A stretch of 64,000 nt of DNA from the NCBI GenBank assembly GCA_963727445.1, contig CAVSGI010000006.1, positions 64,001-128,000 on the forward strand, written 5' to 3'. Positions 9,181-16,370 of the stretch are shown piece by piece; the first letter of the stretch is position 1; every line of letters starts with the position of its first letter. Under the pieces are notes generated by a model. The model saw only the letters and a program-made list of their open reading frames with translations. It was not told where the DNA came from and made no database searches. The position numbers and the translations under genes are program-made. The stretch is from an uncultured delta proteobacterium. GTDB lineage: Bacteria > Myxococcota_A > Polyangia > Polyangiales > B10-G4.

Positions 9181-9554
9181 TCGAGGTTCGTGGTGGTCAG
9201 GCACGAAGCGCATTCGAGGCGGGGCGGGATCGGCTTCGACAAATAGCAGCGGAGCGTCTCCGCGATCCGCTCGAAACACAGCGGATGGGTGAAGACGGCG
9301 ATCCCTGCCCGTGCCGCGCGAAGGCGCGGCGCCAGCCCGCGATCCGTGACCAGGATCAGCGCACCGTCGTAGCCGAGCGCGCGTAGTCGTTCGAGGATCC
9401 AGATCTCCTGGGCGATCACCGCGCCGCATTCATCCTTCGCCTCGAAGTCGTTGTCCGGCGCCACGCGCAGCACGATCTCCGAAAGCTCGTCACCGAGGCG
9501 CGCGCTGATCTCGTACGCGTCTTCGATGACAACTACGTGCTTCTCGTCATGCAT
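9072..9554 (-). CDS. Hypothetical protein: degenerate receiver-like N-terminus plus C-terminal CxxC..CxxC zinc finger
   Basis: MHDEKHVVVIEDAYEI (REC beta1-like), ALILVT, then CASC...FFCEDC. Confidence 0.55.
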   Translation of the reverse strand: MHDEKHVVVIEDAYEISARLGDELSEIVLRVAPDNDFEAKDECGAVIAQEIWILERLRALGYDGALILVTDRGLAPRLRAARAGIAVFTHPLCFERIAETLRCYLSKPIPPRLECASCLTTTNLEPVDVRGVVFFCEDCLEIAHEDPDDPLVDFGGPNAG

Positions 9555-9845
9555 GCTCGAAGAGCACCGCAAGACACGTGCCGCCCGCAAAACCCAGCGT
9601 TGTCGCCGTGTCCTGTGCCGCGTTCCGCCCCACGCGTGGCGCCCTGCCACGAAATGCCGCGTCGTTCGAACGAGGGTGAAATCCTGCAGGGCGCGTCGCG
9701 CGCGTAGGTCGTTGGCGTGCGCGGTGCTCGTCCATCAGGGCGAGGCCACGCTCGACGACCGAGGTGCGAGGAAGACCGCGTCTCGACCTGGGCCGCCTCG
9801 AGGTTGAGCCAGTGAGCGGACGCGTGCGTGTCAGACGTGACGCGT

Positions 9846-10840
9846 CGCCCCGCGGTTGCAAGTCGTGATGTTGCGGGCGACGCCGGCGGTTGTGACCGCC
9901 CCGCGGTAACAAGTCGTGATGTCGCGGACGACGCCGGCGGTTGTGACCGCCCAGCGGTCACAAGTCGTGATGTCGCGGACGACGCCGGCGGTTGTGACCG
10001 CCCCGCGGTCACAAGTCGTGATGTCGCGGACGACGCCTGCGGTTGTGACCGCCCCGCGGTCACAAGTCGTGATGTCGCGGACGACGCCGGCGGTTGCGAC
10101 CGCCCCGCGGTCACAAGTCGTGATGTCGCGGACGACGCCGGCGGTTGTGACCGCCCCGCGGTCACAAGTCGTGATGTCGCGGACGACGCCTGCGGTTGTG
10201 ACCGCCATGCGGCGGGCGACGCCGGCGGTCGTGATGCTCCGCGGTCGGCGACGCCGGCGGTTGTGACCGCCCAGCGGTCACAAGTCGTGATGTCGCGGAC
10301 GACGCCTGCGGTTGTGACCGCCCCGCGGTGGACGACGCCTGCGGTTGTGACCGCCCAGCGGTCACAAGTCGTGATGTCGCGGACGACGCCTGCGGTTGTG
10401 ACCGCCCCGCGGTCACAAGTCGTGATGTTGCGGGCGACGCCGGCGGTTGTGACCGCTCCGCGGTCACAAGTCGTGATGTCGCGGACGACGCCGGCGGTTG
10501 TGACCGCCCAGCGGTCACAAGTCGTGATGTCGCGGACGACGCCGGCGGTTGTGACCGCCCCGCGGTCACAAGTCGTGATGTCGCGGACGACGCCGGCGGT
10601 TGTGACCGCCCCGCGGTCACAAGTCGTGATGTCGCGGACGACGCCGGCCGTTGTGACCGCCCTGCGGTCACAAGTCGTGATGTCGCGGACGACGCCTGCG
10701 GTTGTGACCGCTCCGCGGTCACAAGTCGTGATGTCGCGGACGACGCCGGCGGTTGTGACCGCCCAGCGGTCACAAGTCGTGATGTCGCGGACGACGCCGG
10801 CGGTTGTGACCGCCCCGCGGTCACAAGTCGTGATGTCGCG
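9846..10840. repeat. Tandem array of ~18 intact 51-bp units (plus degenerate fragments), each with a perfect 10-bp inverted repeat
   Basis: Unit TTGTGACCGC-NNN-GCGGTCACAA-GTCGTGATGTCGCGGACGACGCC(G/T)GCGG; period 51 (AAGTCGTGATG at 9860, 9911, 9962 ... 10825), disrupted around 10200-10340. Confidence 0.93.
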
Positions 10841-10918
10841 GTGCGCCGCGCACGCGCGTTCCGTCTAAACGGACGGGACGGGGTTGGCGAAGGGTCCGCC
10901 TCGCACGCGCGGCACGGC

Positions 10919-10995
10919 TGGCGGATGCTAGAGGATTCGAACCTCTGACCTTCGGCTCCGGAGGCCGACGCTCTATCCAGCTGAGCTAAGCATCC
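10919..10995 (-). tRNA. tRNA-Arg (anticodon CCG)
   Basis: Reverse complement GGATGCTTAGCTCAGCTGGATAGAGCGTCGGCCTCCGGAGCCGAAGGTCAGAGGTTCGAATCCTCTAGCATCCGCCA: acceptor stem, D loop, TTCGAA T loop, encoded CCA, 77 nt. Confidence 0.96.
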
Positions 10996-11134
10996 TCAGG
11001 GGCGCTCGATGTAACCAAAGTGCTGGCGCGACGCAAGCTCGCCCAGCGAGTACGGTCTGCGGCGATCCGGTCTCCCGAACGCGGGAGGGGCGCTCCCGGT
11101 GGTGGCTTGACGAAATCTCCCACTTCCGGCACCG

Positions 11135-11830
11135 ATGGAGGCGGTGGATCTGGGCGAGCTTCTGGTCGAGGAAGGGCTCTTCGAGGCGGCGCGGCTCTCC
11201 GAGGCCCGAGCCGAGGCCCTGCGCCTCGACCGGCCCCTGGTCGAGGTGATCTGCAATCAGGGGCTCGCGGCCGAGGACATGGTGGCCGACGTGGCCGCCC
11301 GGGCGGTGGGGACGGTGGTGATCGACGTCCATCTGGGCGCCCTCGATCGCGAGGCCGTGCAGCTGGTCCCAGAAGGGGTGGCCCGGCGTCACCTGCTGAT
11401 CGCCCTGTCCAAGGACGGCGACGGCGCCCGGATCCGGGTGGCCCTGGCCAATCCCCTCGACGAAGCCGCCGTGGCGGCCGTGCGCGAGGCCACGGCCCTC
11501 GAGGTCGAGCCCATGGTCGCCACCGTGTCGGGGGTGAGCGCGGCCATCGACCGCGAGTACGCTTCCTCCAATACCGCGATCATCCGCGCTCCCCGCGCGC
11601 CTTCCGACCTCCCGCGGGAGGACACCCGCAAGATGCGCGAGGACGATCGCCGCGCCGGCAAGACCAATCCAGGCACCAATCCCATGGGCACCTCCCCGAT
11701 GCACCGCCTCGAGCACGACGCGCCGATCGAGCAGCGCCACGAGGCGCTCCTCCTCGCGCTCGTCGACGCCGGGGTGCTGACGCGATCGGACTACCTCGCG
11801 GCTCTCCGGCGCCTCAAAGGAAGAAAGTGA
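11135..11830 (+). CDS. GspE/PilB N-terminal (MshEN-like) domain protein without ATPase
   Basis: DLGELLVEEGL..ARL motif, VPEGVARRHLLIAL, IRVALANPLD; C-terminal ALLLALVDAGVLTRSDYL; no Walker A. Confidence 0.7.
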   Translation: MEAVDLGELLVEEGLFEAARLSEARAEALRLDRPLVEVICNQGLAAEDMVADVAARAVGTVVIDVHLGALDREAVQLVPEGVARRHLLIALSKDGDGARIRVALANPLDEAAVAAVREATALEVEPMVATVSGVSAAIDREYASSNTAIIRAPRAPSDLPREDTRKMREDDRRAGKTNPGTNPMGTSPMHRLEHDAPIEQRHEALLLALVDAGVLTRSDYLAALRRLKGRK

Positions 11831-12029
11831 CCTGATCTCCGCAGGGTGGCGGCGCGTGAATTAACTGACGCCGCGCCGGGGATCACGACATGGGTGTCCG
11901 AGTCCCCATCTCGGGCCTGCCCATCCATTCCCTTTCCGGCATGGCCTGCCCCTTGCTCACGTTCGGTTCTGCCCGTGTGGACACGTGTATGTCGACGTCG
12001 GGCAGGGTGGTGAGCGAACCCACTTTCGC

Positions 12030-12057
12030 TTGACACCCATAGGCGCGCTGCTAGACC
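12030..12057 (+). promoter_or_regulatory. Putative sigma70-type promoter
   Basis: TTGACA-16 bp-TAGACC with TG extension, ~60 bp upstream of a GGAGG-led start at 12116. Confidence 0.35.
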
Positions 12058-12115
12058 GCGCCATCTTTCGGACCAGTGTGGTCCATGGCTTCGGGCTGCT
12101 GGAGGACTTCTCAAA

Positions 12116-13591
12116 ATGAATCGCAAGCTGTTCACCTTGGCACTTTGTAGCGCGTTCACGCTCGGCCTCTCGGCCTGCGGCGACGACCACGGGATCGTGG
12201 GCGACGCGGGCGACACCAGCGTGATCGTCATCGACGGCGGCTCGGACTCGAGCCCGCCGGACGCGACGCCTGACACCAGCCGTCCCGACACCAGCACCGG
12301 CGGCTGCGACGTGGGCGAGGCCTGCGATCCGACCCGCGGTTGCGCCATCAGCGTTCTGTGCATCGACGAGTTCGCGAACGAGCTGGGCGGCACGGACGAC
12401 CCCATCACCGGGCTTCCGAGTGGTGAGATGGGCATCCCGACCACCTCGTGGACCGGCGGCTACTGCTCCAACGCGAACCCCATCGACATGGGCGGCTGCG
12501 ATCCCAACGACGAAGAGAGCTGCGGCGGCGTCGACTGCGCCGTCTGCCTCAACGCCGGCACCGACATGCGCGGCGTGACCGTCGGCCTCTGCGCCGCGAG
12601 CTGCATGCCCAGCCTCACGGACAACGGCGCCTGCCGCGACACCTACGACTGCGGTCTCACCACCAAGGCGTGCGTCCCCGGCTGCGCGACCGACGAGGAG
12701 TGCCGCGTGGTTCGCCAGGACACCAACGACAACGGCTTCATCGACCCGTACGACGCGATGGCGAACCCCATGGGTGATCACCTCGTCTACGACGACTCCA
12801 CGATGGCCACCTGCAACCTCACCACCTATCGCTGCGAGCACAACGGCACGATGGGCGCCGAGGCCGGTGACACCTGCACCTTCGACTTCGAGTGCGAGGA
12901 GAACGGTGACTGCATCGCCGACAACGACGACCCCGCCACGGCGGAGAACGAGGGCGGCTGGCCCGGCGGCTACTGCACCAAGTTCGGCTGCGACATCGCC
13001 GGCAACGACTGCGCCGGCGCCGGTAAGTGCCAGGAGCGTGGCCTCGGCATCGCGCTGTGCGTTCAGGCTTGCGAGGTCGCGGCGACCGTCGACGCCGCGG
13101 ACCCCTTCTCGGACCCCCGCGACTGCGCCCCCGGCTACAGCTGCTTCTGGGACGGCACCTCCGGCATGGGCATGGGCAACGGTGGCTGCGTGCCCGGCAA
13201 CTACAACGACATCACCGACCCGAACATCGGCGAGACCTGCATGACCGAGGCGGACTGCTACTCGCCCTTCGGTCAGGGTCAGTGCCGCGACTTCGGCGCG
13301 GGCAACCACTGCACGCTCTTCGACTGCGGCGCCCCCGGCATGCCGGGAGACGTCTGCGGCGCGGCGGCGACCTGCGCCCAGATCAGCGGCTCGGACACCT
13401 CGCTCTGCATCAAGACCTGCACCACGGCCGCCGACTGCCTCCCGGGCAACGGCTGCTGGGACACCTCGGCCGCGGGCATCAACACCGCCGGCGCGACCGT
13501 CTGCTTCCCGGGCTGCCTCGAGGACTCGCACTGCAACACCGGCGAGACCTGTGTGGGCGCCAGCATGACCGCCGTCGGCGAGTGCATGTGA
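12116..13591 (+). CDS. Cysteine-rich lipoprotein
   Basis: Lipobox LSAC, Asp/Gly linker, many C-x-x-x-C units and repeated W(T/P)GGYC motif; GGAGG RBS. Confidence 0.85.
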   Translation: MNRKLFTLALCSAFTLGLSACGDDHGIVGDAGDTSVIVIDGGSDSSPPDATPDTSRPDTSTGGCDVGEACDPTRGCAISVLCIDEFANELGGTDDPITGLPSGEMGIPTTSWTGGYCSNANPIDMGGCDPNDEESCGGVDCAVCLNAGTDMRGVTVGLCAASCMPSLTDNGACRDTYDCGLTTKACVPGCATDEECRVVRQDTNDNGFIDPYDAMANPMGDHLVYDDSTMATCNLTTYRCEHNGTMGAEAGDTCTFDFECEENGDCIADNDDPATAENEGGWPGGYCTKFGCDIAGNDCAGAGKCQERGLGIALCVQACEVAATVDAADPFSDPRDCAPGYSCFWDGTSGMGMGNGGCVPGNYNDITDPNIGETCMTEADCYSPFGQGQCRDFGAGNHCTLFDCGAPGMPGDVCGAAATCAQISGSDTSLCIKTCTTAADCLPGNGCWDTSAAGINTAGATVCFPGCLEDSHCNTGETCVGASMTAVGECM

Positions 13592-13595
13592 TGTA

Positions 13596-13882
13596 GAGAA
13601 GGCTCGGGCCGCGGAGCGTACGGGCCCGCAGAGAGCCGCGAAGGCGGCTCGGCGCGGGACCGGGAGCGCAGGGGTCGAGCCGGGAGTGGTCTAGGAGAAG
13701 GCTCGGGCCGCGGAGCGTACGGGCCCGCAGAGAGCCGCGAAGGCGGCTCGCGCGGGACCGGGAGCGCAGCGGGCCGAGCCGGGAGTGGTCTAGGAGAAGG
13801 CTCGGGCCGCGGAGCGTACGGGCCCGCAGAGAGCCGCGAAGGCGGCTCGCCGCGGGACCGGGAGCGCAGCGGGCCGAGCCGG
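13596..13882. repeat. Three tandem ~99-bp structured (REP-like) repeats
   Basis: GAGAAGGCTCGGGCCGCGGAGCGTACGGGCCCGCAGAGAGCCGCGAAGGCGGCTC... at 13596, 13695, 13794. Confidence 0.9.
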
Positions 13883-13978
13883 ATTGCACACCGCGCCACT
13901 CCACATTGACTGAGACGCCCCGGTGCCGTATGGCTCCGGGGCGTTTCGCATTCTGAAAGAGTGGATTAGAGGAAACCG

Positions 13979-14116
13979 ATGTATATCTTCACGGGAAAGC
14001 GCCGTAACCAGTCCAAGAACCGGAACAAGTCCGCGCGCTACCGCGCCAAGCTCAAGGCGAAGAATCGCCGCCGGGTCAATGGCATGAAGGGCCGCAAGCT
14101 CGCTCGCCGTCTGTGA
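13979..14116 (+). CDS. Small, very basic 45-aa protein (below the ORF-track size cutoff)
   Basis: AGAGG RBS 6 nt before ATG; MYIFTGKRRNQSKNRNKSARYRAKLKAKNRRRVNGMKGRKLARRL*; GC-biased third positions; 19 K/R, no D/E. Confidence 0.75.
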   Translation: MYIFTGKRRNQSKNRNKSARYRAKLKAKNRRRVNGMKGRKLARRL

Positions 14117-14261
14117 ACACCACTCGGGCACGCCATCCGCCGGCTTTCCTCCTCGCCCCCTCCCTTCGCAATACCTCTGGTATTCCTCGGTCGGGGCCTG
14201 CGGGGGCGCTCGGCGGCTGTCGCACCTGAGCGGCGTTCACCAAAGGCTCTGGGTAAGGCGC

Positions 14262-15116
14262 GTGGAACACAACCCGATCTTCGTCGTCAGCGACTCGACC
14301 GGCGAGACGGCCGAGCGCGTGGTGCGCGCCGCCCTCCTGCAGTATCCGGAGCATCGGGTGCGCGTCCGCCTCTTCACGCGCGTGCGTGACGAGGAGTCGG
14401 TCCGCGACGTGATCCTCAAGGCGGCGGATGCTGGGGCGATGATCGTCTTCACCCTCGTCGCCCCCGAGCTCCGCGAGTTCTTCCACGAGCTCGCGCACGA
14501 AAACCAGATCGAGGCCGTCGACGTGATCGGGGGCCTCATCCACAAGGTGGGCAACTTCCTCGGCGCCCAGCCGATCAACGTGCCGACCGCGACGCTGCCG
14601 CTCTCGGAGGAGTACTTCCGCCGGGTCGAGGCGATCGAGTTCGCGGTGAAGAGCGACGACGGCAAGGAGCCGCGCAACCTCAAGAAGGCCGACCTGGTGC
14701 TCTGCGGCGTCAGCCGCACCTCGAAGACGCCGCTGGCGACCTATCTCGCGGGTCGCGGCCTGCGCGTCGCGAACGTCCCGTTGGTGCTCGGCGTGTCACC
14801 GCCCAAGGAGCTCTTCGAGATCCCGCCCGAGCGCGTGGTGGCCCTGACGATCGACATCGACAGGCTGCTCGAGATCCGCAAGCAGCGATTGCAGCAGCTC
14901 GGGATGCCCGTCGACGCCAACTACGGCCTGCGCGATCACGTGAAGGCCGAGCTCGAGTACGCGCACCAGATGTTCAAGGAGCACCCCACCTGGTCGGTGG
15001 TCAACGTCAGCGGCCGCGCCATCGAAGAGACGGCGACGATCATCCTCGAGTACTACAAAGACACCGAGGAACGCCGCGGCGGAACCAACACCCACCCGCC
15101 GCCCACCGTCCTGTAG
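14262..15116 (+). CDS. ppsR: Pyruvate,phosphate/water dikinase regulatory protein (kinase/pyrophosphorylase)
   Basis: IFVVSDSTGETAE, IEFAVKSDDG, DLVLCGVSRTSKTP, ANVPLV, AIEETA. Confidence 0.9.
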   Translation: MEHNPIFVVSDSTGETAERVVRAALLQYPEHRVRVRLFTRVRDEESVRDVILKAADAGAMIVFTLVAPELREFFHELAHENQIEAVDVIGGLIHKVGNFLGAQPINVPTATLPLSEEYFRRVEAIEFAVKSDDGKEPRNLKKADLVLCGVSRTSKTPLATYLAGRGLRVANVPLVLGVSPPKELFEIPPERVVALTIDIDRLLEIRKQRLQQLGMPVDANYGLRDHVKAELEYAHQMFKEHPTWSVVNVSGRAIEETATIILEYYKDTEERRGGTNTHPPPTVL

Positions 15117-15683
15117 AAGGCTCGGGGCGCGGAGCGCACGGCCACGCAGAGAGCTGCGCAGCAGCGCGGCGCGAGGACGGGAGCAGAGCGCGCCGAGCCG
15201 GGAGTGCGGACCGTCCAATAGAAGGCTCGGGGCGCGGAGCGCACGGCCACGCAGAGAGCTGCGCAGCAGCGCGGCGCGAGGACGGGAGCAGAGCGCGCCG
15301 AGCCGGGAGTGCGGACCGTCCTGTAGAAGGCTCGGGGCGCGGAGCGCACGGCCACGCAGAGAGCTGCGCAGCAGCGCGGCGCGAGGACGGGAGCAGAGCG
15401 CGCCGAGCCGGGAGTGCGGACCGTCCAATAGAAGGCTCGGGGCGCGGAGCGCACGGCCACGCAGAGAGCTGCGCAGCAGCGCGGCGCGAGGACGGGAGCA
15501 GAGCGCGCCGAGCCGGGAGTGCGGACCGTCCTGTAGAAGGCTCGGGGCGCGGAGCGCACGGCCACGCAGAGAGCTGCGCAGCAGCGCGGCGCGAGGACGG
15601 GAGCAGAGCGCGCCGAGCCGGGAGTGCGGACCGTCCAATAGAAGGCTCGGGGCGCGGAGCGTACGGCCACGCAGAGAGCCGCG
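15105..15683. repeat. About 5.5 tandem 105-bp repeats homologous to the 99-bp family
   Basis: TAGAAGGCTCGGGGCGCGGAGCGCACGGCCACGCAGAGAGCTGCG... at 15114, 15219, 15324, 15429, 15534, 15639; alternating CTG/CAA before TAG. Confidence 0.93.
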
Positions 15684-15694
15684 GCAGGTACGGT

Positions 15695-16225
15695 CTACTT
15701 TTCCTTCGGCGGGGTGGAGCTCACGCGCTGGTAGTTGTCGGCGACGCTGGTGACGAACTGTGCCACCAGCCCGTCGGCGACACGAAGGCGCCGGCTGAGC
15801 TCGCGGGCGATGTTCATGATGAACAGGGCGTAGCTCTTGAGGTCCTTGCGGTACAAGAGGCGCTCGACGTCCTCGCCCGTCACCTCGAGCACCATCGTCG
15901 GGGCGACCGCGCGCACCGTGGCCGAGCGCGGCTGCGGGTCGACGATCGCCATCTCGCCGAACCAGTCCCCCGGTCCGAAGAGCGCCACCCGAACGTCGCC
16001 GCCGCCGGCGGTCTGTTTGACCACCTCGAGCTCGCCGCCGATCACCACGTACATCTCGCGGGCGGTGCCGCCTTCGGCGACCACCACCTCGCCGGTCTCG
16101 ATGTGCTTGGTGGGAAGCTCGCGCGCGAGCAGGGTCAGCGTCTCGTCCGACAGGCCCCCGAACAGGCCCACGTCTCGAAGCATCGCTGCGTTGATCTTGG
16201 GTGCCGGTCGCTCGGAGGCGCTCAT
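15695..16225 (-). CDS. Stand-alone cyclic nucleotide-binding domain protein
   Basis: LFGGLS, VVAEGG..EMYVVIGGELEV, FGEMAIVDPQPRSATVRA phosphate-binding cassette. Confidence 0.87.
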   Translation of the reverse strand: MSASERPAPKINAAMLRDVGLFGGLSDETLTLLARELPTKHIETGEVVVAEGGTAREMYVVIGGELEVVKQTAGGGDVRVALFGPGDWFGEMAIVDPQPRSATVRAVAPTMVLEVTGEDVERLLYRKDLKSYALFIMNIARELSRRLRVADGLVAQFVTSVADNYQRVSSTPPKEK

Positions 16226-16370
16226 GGCGCGGATCGTCCGCGTCCCGCCAGCACAATTCAAGGGTCCTGACACGGCAAACGACCGCACTCTTAAGCGCAT
16301 GCCGCTTTACCTGGTGGGCATCGAGCCGCTAACCTGACGGGCTGAATAGGCTTTTTGCACCCTCGAGAAG

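Noticed and set aside
9846..10840. CRISPR or guide-RNA-type array
   Set aside because: Units are contiguous and near-identical with no unique spacers; no cas or Nop-domain gene is in the window.
9828..10948. Repeat-protein ORFs (17-aa repeats) over the 51-bp array
   Set aside because: Open in several frames on both strands only because 51 is a multiple of 3; no RBS, and internal deletions switch frames.
10919..10995. Genomic island integrated at tRNA-Arg carrying the osmolyte cluster
   Set aside because: No integrase and no duplicated tRNA 3' end was seen in the window, and the cluster's composition looks host-like. Cannot be excluded beyond the left edge.
13979..14116. Ribosomal protein bL34 (rpmH)
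   Set aside because: Similar size and charge, but lacks the KRT(F/Y)QP and HGF motifs and the rnpA/dnaA context.
14796..16256. Long minus-strand ORFs across the 105-bp array
   Set aside because: Arg/Ala/Pro-rich shadow translations of non-coding repeats that overlap real genes.
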